Notes: a model not told the origin generated them from the letters alone. A stretch of DNA of 64,000 bases from Planctomycetota bacterium (GCA_965248445.1 CBDFJG010000003.1:288001-352000); one strand, 5' to 3'; counted from the stretch's first letter, positions 19,587 through 29,762 are shown. Numbers and translations are program-made.

Positions 19587-19658
19587 GGCGAGGGTCTCCT
19601 CCGGATCGCCGAAACGTTACCAGCCGCCAGGCTGCACGAGCCGCGTATCCTGCGCCCC

Positions 19659-20453
19659 ATGGCGCGCCCGCGCATCGTCTCCCTCTTCACGGACTTCGGC
19701 ACCACCGATGTCTACGCCGGGGTGGTCCGCGGGCTGATCAGGACGATGGCGCCGGAGGCCGAGGTTCTGGACGTCACGCACGGCATCACGCCTGGAGACC
19801 GCCACGAAGCGGCTTTCATGCTGCTTTCGGCGGTCCCGTTCCTCCCCCGGGGCTCCATCCACCTCTGTGTGGTCGACCCGGGTGTCGGCACTGAGCGTCG
19901 GATCATTGCCGTTCGTGCCGCCGGGCACACCTTCGTGGGGCCGGACAACGGGTGCCTCGCGCCGGTCGTCGAGGCGCTGGGCGGTGCCGCGGAACGGCGG
20001 TACGTCACCAATGAGAAACTGCAGCGGCGGCGGCGCAGCGAGACGTTCCACGGCCGCGACATCATGGCGCCGGTGGTCGCCCACCTGGTCCGGGGCATCG
20101 ATTTCGCCAACGTCGGCGAGGAGGCGCAGGGACTCGTGTCGCTACCGGGCTTCGAGCCGGAGGAGGATGGCGATGTCGTGCGCGGCCGCGTGCTGCACAC
20201 CGACCGGTTCGGGAACCTCGCCACGAACCTGCTACTGGATGAAGTGCCGGGACTGGGGAGCGAGCGCATCCTCGCGGTCAACGGCACGGACGTCCCCCGA
20301 TTGGGTGCAACGTTCGCTGACGTCGGGATCGGCGAGCTCGTCGTCTACGTGGGCAGCGTGGGCTTCCTGGAGGTCGGTGTGCGCAACGGTAATGCGTCGG
20401 AGCGGCTGCAGGCCGGCAACGGCACACTGGTCACGGCGAGGAAGACCACGTGA
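19659..20453 (+). CDS. SAM hydroxide adenosyltransferase / SAM-dependent halogenase-like (DUF62)
   Basis: FTDFGTTDVY, VVDPGVGTERR, GPDNG, TFHGRDI and DRFGNL motifs. Confidence 0.9.
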   Translation: MARPRIVSLFTDFGTTDVYAGVVRGLIRTMAPEAEVLDVTHGITPGDRHEAAFMLLSAVPFLPRGSIHLCVVDPGVGTERRIIAVRAAGHTFVGPDNGCLAPVVEALGGAAERRYVTNEKLQRRRRSETFHGRDIMAPVVAHLVRGIDFANVGEEAQGLVSLPGFEPEEDGDVVRGRVLHTDRFGNLATNLLLDEVPGLGSERILAVNGTDVPRLGATFADVGIGELVVYVGSVGFLEVGVRNGNASERLQAGNGTLVTARKTT

Positions 20454-21673
20454 GACTCGTCTACCTCGACCCGTTCTCTGGGATCGCCGGCGACATGCTC
20501 GTCGGTGCGTTGCTCGATCTCGGCGCGTCGTTCGACGCCGTGCGCGCGGGCCTGTCGCGGCTGGACGTCGAACCGTATGAACTGCGCGTGGGGGAGGTCA
20601 GCCGCGGCGCCCTGCGTGCGACCAAGTTCGACGTGCTCGTCGGAGGACACTACGCCGACTCCCACGAACACCGAGAACACGCGCACGGCGCCCCGCATGT
20701 CCCTGTGCGCGGGCTGCGCGAGATCCGGGCGATCATCGAGAACGCTGATCTGCCCGAGCGAGTGCGTGAACGCTCCCTCGCGGCGTTCCGGCTGCTGGCG
20801 GAGGCGGAGGGCGGCGTGCACGGCGCCGCTCCCGACGAGGTCCACTTCCATGAGGTGGGTGCCGTGGACGCGCTCTGTGACATCGTCGGCACCGCGCTCG
20901 CCCTCGAAGACCTGGGCGTCGACGGTGTCCGCTGTGGCGTGCTGCGGGTCGGTTCGGGGTTCGTGCAGTGCGCGCACGGCAAGCTGCCCGTGCCGGGCCC
21001 GGCGACGATCGCGTGTCTTGCAGGCTTCGACGTGCGCTTCGACGACGGTCGCGGCGAACTCGTGACGCCGACGGGCGCGTGCCTGGTGGGAGCACTCGCC
21101 ATGCCCGGCCGCCCCGTGCAGATGCGCGTGGACCGTGTGGGGTACGGCGCAGGCACTCGCGATGACACCGACGTGCCGAACGTGCTGCGCGCCGTGCTCG
21201 GTGAGGTCGTCGAGGAAGACGGCGAACAGATCCTCGAGATCCGGACGAACGTCGACCACCTCGCGCCCAACGTTCTGGCCGCCGCCATGGAACGGGTGCT
21301 CGCTGCCGGGGCCATCGACGCCTACACGGCGCCCGTGACGATGAAGAAGGGGCGCGCAGCCCACGTGGTGACGGCGCTGGTCCCGCGCTCCCGGCGGGAC
21401 GATGTCGAGGCGGTGCTGTTCCGCGAGACGGGAACGCTCGGTGTACGGGTGACGCCGGTCGAGCGCACGGTGCTCGAGCGGTCGTTCCTGACGGCCGAGA
21501 CGCCGTGGGGTTCGGTGCCAGTGAAGGTCGGGCGCCACGGTGGCCACGTGACCAGCAGGGAGCCCGAGATGGATGTCTGCCGGCGCCTGGCGGACGAGCA
21601 CAGCGTGCCCGTCGCGGACGTGGTCGCGGCCGCGAGGCGGGCGCAGTTGGGTCCCTCCGGCGAACCGGGGTAG
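20450..21673 (+). CDS. larC: Nickel pincer cofactor biosynthesis protein LarC
   Basis: SGIAGDML, His-rich stretch, VHFHEVGAVDA, ELVTPTGA, MKKGR and ETGTLGVR motifs. Confidence 0.9.
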   Translation: MRLVYLDPFSGIAGDMLVGALLDLGASFDAVRAGLSRLDVEPYELRVGEVSRGALRATKFDVLVGGHYADSHEHREHAHGAPHVPVRGLREIRAIIENADLPERVRERSLAAFRLLAEAEGGVHGAAPDEVHFHEVGAVDALCDIVGTALALEDLGVDGVRCGVLRVGSGFVQCAHGKLPVPGPATIACLAGFDVRFDDGRGELVTPTGACLVGALAMPGRPVQMRVDRVGYGAGTRDDTDVPNVLRAVLGEVVEEDGEQILEIRTNVDHLAPNVLAAAMERVLAAGAIDAYTAPVTMKKGRAAHVVTALVPRSRRDDVEAVLFRETGTLGVRVTPVERTVLERSFLTAETPWGSVPVKVGRHGGHVTSREPEMDVCRRLADEHSVPVADVVAAARRAQLGPSGEPG

Positions 21674-21682
21674 GTTCAAGGC

Positions 21683-23065
21683 GTGAGCACAGCCGGTCCT
21701 GACGAGAAGCCTCCGCACGCGATGTCGGTCCTGCTCGTCGACGACGAGAAGACGATCGCGATCACGCTGCGCGATGCGCTGACCGACGACGGCCACGACG
21801 TGATCCTGGCGCCGGACGGCCTGGCGGCCCGGAGGCACGTCGAGGAGCGCACGTTCGATGTCGTCGTGACCGACCTCAAGATGCCCGGCATGCCGGGCAT
21901 GGAGGTCCTGCGACTGGTGAAGTCCCACCACCCCGACACCGAGGTCATCGTGATGACCGGCTACGGCACGGTCGAGACGGCGGTCGAGGCGATGAAGGCT
22001 GGCGCGTACGAGTACGTGCTCAAGCCGTTCCTGAACGAGAAGATCGTGCTCCTGCTGCGCCGCATCGCGGAGCAGCGGCAGCTCGTGCTCGAGAACCGCG
22101 CGCTGCGCGAGCAGCTCGGCCGCGCACAGAGCATGGAGGGGCTGATCGGCCAGTCCCGGCCGATGCGCCAGGTGTTCCAGACCATCCGGCTCGTTGCCTC
22201 GCAGGACGCCCGCGTGCTCGTGACCGGTGAGTCCGGAACCGGCAAGGAACTGGTTGCGCGCGCACTCCACAATCTGTCGTCCTGCCGTTCGCAGCCGCTG
22301 GTCGCCATCGCGTGCGCCGCGGTTCCCGAGCCGCTACTCGAGGACACGCTATTCGGTCACGAGGCCGGTGCGTACACCGGAGCGCAGGGCGAACGTGTGG
22401 GCCGCTTCGAGTACGCATCCGGCGGAACGGTGTTCCTCGACGACATCGACGACATGCCGCTGTCCACGCAGGTCAAGCTGCTGCGCGTCCTGCAGGAGGG
22501 CGAGATCGAGCGGCTCGGCGGGCAGTCGCCGATCAAGGTGGACGTCCGTGTGATCGCCGCGACGAAGGTCGATCTGCACGACGCGGTCGAGGACGGACGA
22601 TTCCGCCGCGACCTGTACTACCGCTTGAACGTCGTGCCGGTCGAACTGCCGCCGCTGCGGGACCGCGGCGACGATATCAAGCTGCTGTCCCAGCACTTCG
22701 TCGAAATGTTCGCGCACGGCAAGCCGTACCGGATCGACGACGCGACGATGGACGAGATGGTGCGCTACTCCTGGCCCGGCAACGTCCGCGAACTCGAACA
22801 CGCGATCGAACGCGCGATCGCGTTGGCCGGCGGGGAGGAGACCCTGCGGCGCGCGCACATCCTCGGCTCGAAGCCGGTCCCCGAGCGTCGCCCGGCCCCT
22901 GCGCGCGTGACAACGCTGCGCAGCGCCGTCGAGGAGACAGAACAGCTCGCGATCCGCGCCGCCCTCGAACACACCGGCGGCCGCAAGGCCGAGGCCGCCG
23001 CCGTCCTCGGCATCTCCCGCAAGAACTTGTGGGAGAAGATGAAGGGGTACGGGATCGAGGTCTGA
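21683..23065 (+). CDS. Sigma-54-dependent response regulator (receiver-AAA+-Fis HTH)
   Basis: [42 protein letters not shown] and a C-terminal HTH. Confidence 0.92.
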   Translation: MSTAGPDEKPPHAMSVLLVDDEKTIAITLRDALTDDGHDVILAPDGLAARRHVEERTFDVVVTDLKMPGMPGMEVLRLVKSHHPDTEVIVMTGYGTVETAVEAMKAGAYEYVLKPFLNEKIVLLLRRIAEQRQLVLENRALREQLGRAQSMEGLIGQSRPMRQVFQTIRLVASQDARVLVTGESGTGKELVARALHNLSSCRSQPLVAIACAAVPEPLLEDTLFGHEAGAYTGAQGERVGRFEYASGGTVFLDDIDDMPLSTQVKLLRVLQEGEIERLGGQSPIKVDVRVIAATKVDLHDAVEDGRFRRDLYYRLNVVPVELPPLRDRGDDIKLLSQHFVEMFAHGKPYRIDDATMDEMVRYSWPGNVRELEHAIERAIALAGGEETLRRAHILGSKPVPERRPAPARVTTLRSAVEETEQLAIRAALEHTGGRKAEAAAVLGISRKNLWEKMKGYGIEV

Positions 23066-23110
23066 AGGCACGGAACGCTGCGAAGCAGCGTCCGCGCCTT
23101 CAGACCTCTT

Positions 23111-23266
23111 CGCGCCGATTGCGTAGCAATCGGCGCGCCCCGTAGTTGTTGTTGGGGCCGCTCTCGCGGCCGGGGGGCTCGCCCGCAAGTTCCGGCTCAC
23201 ATGCCGGCGCGCTCGCTCGGCCCGATTCGGCGCCGTCACGCCGTGTGCGCTGCACACGGCCCGCCG
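23111..23266 (-). repeat. Diverged inverted copy of the ~234-bp structured repeat unit
   Basis: On the minus strand it shares GCGTGACGGCG, GGGCCGA-CGAG, GCGGCCCCA-ACAACAAC and both hairpins with 24450-24934. Confidence 0.7.
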
Positions 23267-23332
23267 TCGTGCCCCGCGCTGGGGCGCGGGGCTGCTTCGC
23301 GCGAGCGCGTGACACGGTGGGACACTCTGGCG

Positions 23333-23974
23333 ATGCGCTACGTGCTACCGGGGATGGGGGCGACGTCGGCGATGTACGCCGGACCCTGGCGGTCGCTCTC
23401 TGACACGGAATTCCTCGACTGGTCCGAGATCGTCGGTGAGGTCAACCTGGCCCGTATCGCGGACGTCCTGATCGATGCGTGCGAGATTCAGCCCACCGAC
23501 GAACTCGTCGGTTCCTCACTCGGTGGGATCGTCGCGCTCGAGATTGCCGAGCGCATCCGTACAGAGCGCGTCGTGCTCGTGGGGAGCGCGCGACGTCGCG
23601 ACGAGATCCGCCGTGTGCTGACCGCTCTGGCAACGCTCGCCGCTGTCACGCCGATCCGCTTCATCCACGCCCTCGCCGGCAAGTCGGGAGGCGATCTCGG
23701 ACAGATGTTCGCCGACGTTGACGCGGCGTTCATCCGCGGGGCCTGCCGCGCCCTGGGCGCTGGGAGGCACCCGCACGCGCCGACACGGAGATCCGCCGGA
23801 TTCACGGCGCGCTCGATCTCGTCAATCCCGTGTCCGCCGGACGCGACGGCGCTGCAGGGCGGCGGTCACCTCATCGCGATGACCCACCCGGCCGAGTGCG
23901 TTGCGTTCCTCACCACGTGTTGGACGAATGAACGGGCGGGGCAGCGCCCCGCCCCTACACCGGGCAGTTCCTGA
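23333..23974 (+). CDS. Alpha/beta hydrolase with an internal compensating frameshift pair
   Basis: LPGMG, GSSLGG nucleophile elbow and GGHLIAMTH; the IHGALDLV motif is in another frame at ~23790-23823. Confidence 0.7.
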   Translation: MRYVLPGMGATSAMYAGPWRSLSDTEFLDWSEIVGEVNLARIADVLIDACEIQPTDELVGSSLGGIVALEIAERIRTERVVLVGSARRRDEIRRVLTALATLAAVTPIRFIHALAGKSGGDLGQMFADVDAAFIRGACRALGAGRHPHAPTRRSAGFTARSISSIPCPPDATALQGGGHLIAMTHPAECVAFLTTCWTNERAGQRPAPTPGSS

Positions 23975-24007
23975 TGGGCCATGTGGCCGCTCGCGTGGCG
24001 ACCCGTC

Positions 24008-24394
24008 TCAGAACGAGTTCGTGTCGGGGGGATACAGCGGGTCCCACCGCTCCCGCACGGCCGGGACCAAGGTCCGAACGCGTGCGTCGCGGTAGACGAT
24101 CTCCCAGCTGCATTCGCATCCAGGTGGCGGCGAGATCTCTCGGAAAAACAGCTGCTCCGGCCGATCCCATCCGAGGAAGCGCAGGCCATCTCGATGCGCC
24201 AACTCATACAGGAAAGTCTGCGGCGCTACGTTGGGCGAGCCAACGGACAGAGTGAGCTCTTGGATCTGGCGCTCCGGCCAAGCGGTGAGTCCGGCCAGGG
24301 ACAGCATGAGCAGTGCGAACGCGGCCGAGCGGAGTATCGCTCCGATGTTCGCTCCGGCCGCCGGTCGACGTGGAGCCTGCAGGAGTTGTTGCAT
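24008..24394 (-). CDS. Hypothetical single-TM protein
   Basis: 128-aa ORF with hydrophobic AAFALLMLSLAGLTAWPE; no recognised family. Confidence 0.45.
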   Translation of the reverse strand: MQQLLQAPRRPAAGANIGAILRSAAFALLMLSLAGLTAWPERQIQELTLSVGSPNVAPQTFLYELAHRDGLRFLGWDRPEQLFFREISPPPGCECSWEIVYRDARVRTLVPAVRERWDPLYPPDTNSF

Positions 24395-24449
24395 CCCGCT
24401 GAGTGTCTCTGCCCCGCGTCATGACCTCATCAGCGCCAGGAGTTGACGC

Positions 24450-24934
24450 CGTGCCACCCGGCTGTCCGACTAACCGCCGCAGCGGTTGGTGCGGGTGTTC
24501 GCCGCGGGCCCACCTTCGTTCAAGCCGGCGGGGTGCGTGCCACGCACGCAGCGTGACGGCGTAGTGGGCCGAACGAGTGCCACGACCGAGGGGGTACGGG
24601 GTCCGGGTGTCGCCCGCCGGGCACTCGGGCGGCCCCAGACAACAACAGGGAGGATGACTGGCGCGTCGACTGCTGCGCAGTCGGCGTGCCACCGGCTGTC
24701 TGATTAGCCGCCGCAGCGGTTGGTCCAGGTGTTCGCAGCTGTGCCACCCTCGTTCAAGCTGGCGGGATGCGTGCAATGCACGCAGCGTGACGGCGTAGTG
24801 GGCCGAACGAGTGCCACGGCCGAGGGGCACGGGGTCCGGTCGTAGTCCGCCGGGCACTCGGGCGGCCCCAGACAACAACAGGGAGGATGACTGGCGCGTC
24901 GACTGCTGCGCAGTCGGCGTGCCACCGGCTGTCT
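24450..24934. repeat. Tandem structured repeat: two units of 235 and 233 bp plus the start of a third
   Basis: CGTGCCACC(C)GGCTGTC recurs at 24450, 24685 and 24918; long identical blocks between units; several hairpins. Confidence 0.9.
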
Positions 24935-24940
24935 CTCTAA

Positions 24941-26609
24941 CCCGAATCGTTCACCAGCCGGGAATCTGAGCGGGCCGTCGTCTGTCTAAGTGCTCGTACT
25001 CGCTAGTACTTGCACCGACAGGAGCGCCGGCCCGATGACGACAGACTGTAGCCCGCAGGGGACCCTCTTCGCGGGCATCTGTGGACGCACCGCGGTGACG
25101 CGCTTCGACGCCGGTACCGTGACGAGCGACGGGGGCGTGCTGCTGCTCGAGCGGGTCGATCGTCGCATCGATCTGCTCTCGCGGTTTGCGCGCTGCTTCG
25201 GGGACCACCGGGACCCGCGTCGGGTCGAGCACACGGTCGGCCAGATGCTGCGTCAGCGGGTCTTCGGGCTGTGCGCGGGCTACGAGGATCTGGTGGACCA
25301 CGACCATGTCGGCAAGGACCCGCTGTTTGCCGCGGCGTGCGGCAAGCGCGAGGGTGCTCTGGCCACGCACCCGACGCTCTCGCGGCTCGAGACCACGCAG
25401 CTCGGCGCCACGGCACAGACGCGCTACGCCAAGATCGAGATGGACCAGGAGCGCGTGGACAGCGTGCTCAGCGACGTCTTCTGCGAGGCCATGGGGCCGG
25501 AGGATCCGGGCCTGCTCGTGCTGGACCTGGACCACTCCGACGTGCGGCTGCACGGCCGGCAGGAGGGCCGCTTCTTCCACGGCTACTACGGGCACTACTG
25601 CTACCTGCCGCTGTACGTCTTCTGCGGCGAGCACCTCTTGCTCGCTCGGCTCCAGACCGCTGACAGAGATCCCGCGCGCGGAGTCGTGGACGAGCTCCGT
25701 GCGCTGGTCTTACGTCTGCGGCGCCGCTGGCCCCGGGCCAAGGTGCTCGTGCGCGCAGACTCGGGCTTTTGCCGCGAGGAGCTGATGGCCTGGTGCGAGG
25801 CCGCCGGCCACTTCTACCTGCTGGGCATGGCGCGCAATGAGCGCCTTGAGCGACACGTCGAAGACGCGCTCGATGAGGCCGCAGCCCGTGCCGTGCAGAC
25901 CGGCCGAGCAGCCCGGGTCTTTCGCGACTTTGCCTGGACCACGCTGGGGAGCTGGAGCCAGAGGCGTCGCGTGGTCGCCAAGGCCGAGCACCTGCCGGGC
26001 GGCAAGCGCAATCCCCGCTTCGTGGTGACCAATCTGCCGCCTCGTAGCTGGAGCAGCAAGCGTCTCTACGAGCAGCTCTACTGCGCCCGGGGCGAGGCGG
26101 AGAATCGCATCAAGGAGCAGCAGCTCGAGCTCTTCGGCACCCGTCTGTCGGTGCACACGATGCAGGGCAACGCCGTGCGGATGGCCATGTCGGCCATGGC
26201 CTACGTCCTGACCTGTGCGCTGCGACGCATCGGTCTCGCCGGCACCGAGATGGCGCGTGCGCAAGCCGGCACGATCCGCCTGCGGCTGCTCAAGATCGGC
26301 GCGCTCGTGCGGATCACGACGCGCCGGATCTGGGTCTCGATGTCCTCGTCGTGGCCCTGGCAGCACGTCTTCGAGCGCTGCGCGCAACGACTGCTGGCAT
26401 CCCCGAAGCCGACCTGACGTCCCGCCGCGCCGTCCGCCACACCACCGCCCGGCCTACGGTCTGCCCACACCGCAGAATCCGCGCCGTTTCGGCCGCTCAC
26501 TCGCGTTGCCCTTGTGGCAACGACGACAGCATCCGCCCTCGCCTGGCCAAGATCTGACCCTGTGGACTCCGAAAGCACCGTCATCGCGACGTCTCGTGAA
26601 CAGATGCGG
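24941..26609 (+). mobile_element. IS1380-family element, copy 2
   Basis: Same ends and length as copy 1; flanks are CTAA and CTAG (no perfect duplication). Confidence 0.92.
25035..26417 (+). CDS. IS1380-family transposase
   Basis: Identical to copy 1 except ERVDRR versus ERTDRR. Confidence 0.93.
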   Translation: MTTDCSPQGTLFAGICGRTAVTRFDAGTVTSDGGVLLLERVDRRIDLLSRFARCFGDHRDPRRVEHTVGQMLRQRVFGLCAGYEDLVDHDHVGKDPLFAAACGKREGALATHPTLSRLETTQLGATAQTRYAKIEMDQERVDSVLSDVFCEAMGPEDPGLLVLDLDHSDVRLHGRQEGRFFHGYYGHYCYLPLYVFCGEHLLLARLQTADRDPARGVVDELRALVLRLRRRWPRAKVLVRADSGFCREELMAWCEAAGHFYLLGMARNERLERHVEDALDEAAARAVQTGRAARVFRDFAWTTLGSWSQRRRVVAKAEHLPGGKRNPRFVVTNLPPRSWSSKRLYEQLYCARGEAENRIKEQQLELFGTRLSVHTMQGNAVRMAMSAMAYVLTCALRRIGLAGTEMARAQAGTIRLRLLKIGALVRITTRRIWVSMSSSWPWQHVFERCAQRLLASPKPT

Positions 26610-26719
26610 CTAGGGCTCGCAGGGCGACTAACCACTCCGTAGGTGTGGGCTCCCCGACTGAAGCGGCGCTGTCTGCGCAGCGGCCCAAGGCAAACCTCAA
26701 GCCCGGAGCGCGACGGACG

Positions 26720-26828
26720 CTCAAACCGGATGCTCCAGTTGGCGCGACCGGATTCGCATCCGATCGGGGCGTGGACTGGGTGAGGCGCTGGGGGTGTGCC
26801 TGCTCAACCTGGTTCATGCAACAACGCC
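26720..26828 (+). pseudogene. IS5 (IS903-group) 3'-end relic with right IR
   Basis: NRMLQLARPDSHPIG resembles NRMSEIARPEISIG of the intact IS5; ends TTCATGCAACAACGCC versus TCCATGCACCAACGCC. Confidence 0.7.
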
Positions 26829-26985
26829 ACTCGCCGCCGGTACGCGGTGAAGTCCAACGCGAAGGCACGCTGGTCCGCCGGTGACCCTGGGAACGAGTCG
26901 TTGGGCGTCCACCTGGCGAAGCTCCGCGGCCTGACGCGCAGCGCCGGGACGCGGAGCACAGTCGCAACCGCGCGTGCGCCTCGGG

Positions 26986-27861
26986 CTATTCCGGCGCCGC
27001 TGCGCCGTTTCCGCCCGTCTTTGTGGTGGGGTCGGGAACACCGCCCGGCTGACTGCTGTCGGCCGTGCCGCCCTGAGTCGAAGCCGAGCCGATCGCGTCG
27101 TTGCCTGGGTTCGCGGTCTCGCCGCTACCACCCGGGCCAGACCCAGGCAAGCCGGTGGCGCCTCCATTGCCAGACGCGCCGGCGGAGCCGGTGAATGCCC
27201 CGCCACTCGCGCCGCTCCCCCAGATGGCGATGGCAGCGCCAGAACCGCCGCCGTAGCCAGCGTCGCCACCATCGCCGCCGTCGCCACCGACACCGCCATC
27301 GGCCAGCGCATCCCCACCGGCACCGCCCTTCTTGCCATTGGCACCCGCTCCGCCAGCGCCGCCGAAGGCCTCGGCACTCGCCGTGCCCGGAGCCTCCGTC
27401 TCGTTACCGGTGATGGCAAAAGCACCACCGCCGCCGCCCGCGGCGCCACCGTTGCCGCCCTTCCCGCCGCCACCGCCCTTTGACCCGCCGTTTGTCCCGT
27501 CGCCTCCGAGGCTGCCGAGTTCGCCGTTCTTGCCGAACAGGGCCATCGCCAGTACCCACGCGTCATCGGTGCCCGTCTGAACAGCTCCGCGGCCACCCTC
27601 GCCTGCGCCCCCGTTGATCCCGCCGGAACCTCCAGCGCCGGTAGCACCCTGATACTCCGGCTCGCCGGAAGTTCCGTCGGCACCGTCCGGGTGGCTCGGA
27701 TCCCAATTCTCTCCTTCCTGGCCGCTCGTGGCCTGGCCTCCGCCGCCCTGGTAGTACGCGTTTCCGCCGGCGCCGCCGTCGCCGGACTGGGCGAACGCAA
27801 ACGACGTGAGGGCTGCGGCGACCACAAGACACATGACGCCTGCCGGTTTCTGATTCGACAT
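26986..27861 (-). CDS. Secreted glycine-rich low-complexity protein (GGxGGxG, PE-PGRS-like repeats)
   Basis: Signal peptide VMCLVVAAALTSFAFAQ followed by GGAGG/GGDGG/GGNGG repeats. Confidence 0.75.
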   Translation of the reverse strand: MSNQKPAGVMCLVVAAALTSFAFAQSGDGGAGGNAYYQGGGGQATSGQEGENWDPSHPDGADGTSGEPEYQGATGAGGSGGINGGAGEGGRGAVQTGTDDAWVLAMALFGKNGELGSLGGDGTNGGSKGGGGGKGGNGGAAGGGGGAFAITGNETEAPGTASAEAFGGAGGAGANGKKGGAGGDALADGGVGGDGGDGGDAGYGGGSGAAIAIWGSGASGGAFTGSAGASGNGGATGLPGSGPGGSGETANPGNDAIGSASTQGGTADSSQPGGVPDPTTKTGGNGAAAPE

Positions 27862-27956
27862 CTCTATCCTTCCTCCCCACCAATGCGGGGAGCTGTGACC
27901 CCTCACTTCTGGGGCCGCCCGTTGCAGCAAGGTCGAGCCGCAGACCTCTGCGAGAC

Positions 27957-29453
27957 CTATTCGTCTCGGTTGCTGGCCAAATCGTTCTCCAAGTCAATCT
28001 GCATCTGCCCCGACCACGTAATCCACCCCTTCCTCAACTCTGATACGCCGCCATGCGACTCAGGAAGCAGGGTCACAATCAGATAGTAGTCGCGCCCCAA
28101 CCGTGCGGCCCTGATATCGCACGTGCCGTCCTCACGCACGGCGTACGGCCCGTATATACTCTGGCCAACTGCTTGGCCGCCGTCGATGACCCTGACGGTG
28201 CCGCCAGCGATAGGAGTACCGCCCCTCACGAGTCGGAGGCTCGTCCACGCGACTGCCTCACGCAGGTGGACAACGACATCCGTTCGCGCAGCTGTGATTT
28301 CGCCAAGCTCCAGTTCTTCATTTAGACAGCCCGAGGCCTCGATCAGCAGCATCGCCCGCCCGGGCTCGTAGAAAGGCACTTCGAACGACCCGTCCTCTGC
28401 CGCGGACTCCGATGTGATGAATGTAAACTGACTGGAGGGACTATCAGTGGTGCGCCCTGTGCCTGTCACCCCTTGGCCACCGGTGAAATTCAGAAGCGCG
28501 ACATCGCGATCCGACAAGGCTCCAGTCTGCCCGATGAACAGAGTCGCGGTCACTCGCGCTCGCTTCGCTTCGGCGGTGTCCGGCCATATCACCCGGCCTG
28601 CAACGGTCCTGACAGGTCGAAGTGCGAGATCCTCCCAGCCGGATTCCAGACTCTGACTTGTCTCGATGCGTCGCACTACGGGCTCCAGTTTGTCGCTAGG
28701 TCCGCGCGCATGCAGGATGAGGCCCTTGATCCGCGGCACGGACACAGTGAACTTACCGTCGCGCTCGACTCGGGCTCGTGTCCGCCACGGGAAGCGACCG
28801 GTCTCGCTGAGCCATTTCTGCGACCACGGCTCCGGCACTTGAGACGGCCGGATACCGACTCCCCCGGGCAGTACCAAGCCCTCTACGCGAACGTGGGGAG
28901 TCAAGTCCGGGATGTCCGGAACTACTACGCGCCCCTCGATCGTGAGATCTCGGTAGACCCAGATAGTCGACCGACCGCTCTCGCTCTCTGTCCAGCCCAG
29001 GACATGAAACGGGGCAACAGCGTGCACGCGCTTCTCGTGGATGATCGGGACCGACAGTCGGACGACGCCAGGCCCCACCCATGTCACCGCCTCTTTCCCG
29101 TGCCGACCGGGCGGCGGTTCGTGCCCCTCAGTGTACAGTGCGAGGGCCGCACAAGGCGAGCCGTCGGCCATGTCCCGTACGTCCACTTCGTGTTGGATTG
29201 GGCTCGCAGTTAGCGATTGTTCGGGCGCCAGAGACACCCGTTCGCGCGGTTCACCTTCCGATCTTGGCGACGATGGCGGCACAGCGACCGTAGTTGTCGC
29301 CTTGTTGGTGGGGCCTTTGATACTCGTCCCTCTGCAGGCGTGGGCGATGAGAGCGACCAGTCCGATGACAAGAACAGTCGCGACTAACGCCATCAGGCGC
29401 CGGATGGCGATGGTGTCATCGTGGCTGCGCGGCGAGTCCGGCCGTTCCGTCAT
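27957..29453 (-). CDS. Membrane-anchored hypothetical protein with carboxypeptidase-regulatory-like beta-sandwich segments
   Basis: N-terminal TM (LMALVATVLVIGLVALIA); IEGRVV, DGKFTV, VAGRVI and DGSFEV repeats; visibly less GC-biased codons. Start uncertain (ORF open to 29669). Confidence 0.65.
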   Translation of the reverse strand: MTERPDSPRSHDDTIAIRRLMALVATVLVIGLVALIAHACRGTSIKGPTNKATTTVAVPPSSPRSEGEPRERVSLAPEQSLTASPIQHEVDVRDMADGSPCAALALYTEGHEPPPGRHGKEAVTWVGPGVVRLSVPIIHEKRVHAVAPFHVLGWTESESGRSTIWVYRDLTIEGRVVVPDIPDLTPHVRVEGLVLPGGVGIRPSQVPEPWSQKWLSETGRFPWRTRARVERDGKFTVSVPRIKGLILHARGPSDKLEPVVRRIETSQSLESGWEDLALRPVRTVAGRVIWPDTAEAKRARVTATLFIGQTGALSDRDVALLNFTGGQGVTGTGRTTDSPSSQFTFITSESAAEDGSFEVPFYEPGRAMLLIEASGCLNEELELGEITAARTDVVVHLREAVAWTSLRLVRGGTPIAGGTVRVIDGGQAVGQSIYGPYAVREDGTCDIRAARLGRDYYLIVTLLPESHGGVSELRKGWITWSGQMQIDLENDLASNRDE

Positions 29454-29762
29454 CGCGGTGCCTGCACATGACGACCGACTGTACTCGGCCATGCCCCACG
29501 GTTGCATGTCATCGGCTGTCGTGAAACCCGGTTCGCATCGCGACAGAGCGTGCGCATTCTCTCTCTCCTGTCGTCGCGGCGCGTCGGGCCAATACTCGAC
29601 CCGAATGCCCTCGCGCGCACTCGACACGTTGGAGAGTACGGGTCCCTGTCGAGATGGGTCAACCACCAAGTCCTGAACCTCACGAGCACTGTGACGTTCG
29701 CGCGATTCGCGATCGCGGATTCTCGTGCGACGTCACTGTCGCGCGCCGCGACTGCGTCGAGG

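Noticed and set aside
24450..24934. CRISPR array or integron attC array
   Set aside because: Units are ~234 bp with no unique spacers and no cas or intI gene. CGTTCAAGC resembles an attC L box, but the RYYYAAC/GTTRRRY ends are absent.
24654..24940. 17-aa peptide MTGASTAAQSACHRLS(D/L) encoded in each repeat unit
   Set aside because: GGGAGG abuts the ATG with zero spacing, and the diverged copy at 23.1 kb lacks the ORF while keeping the hairpin.
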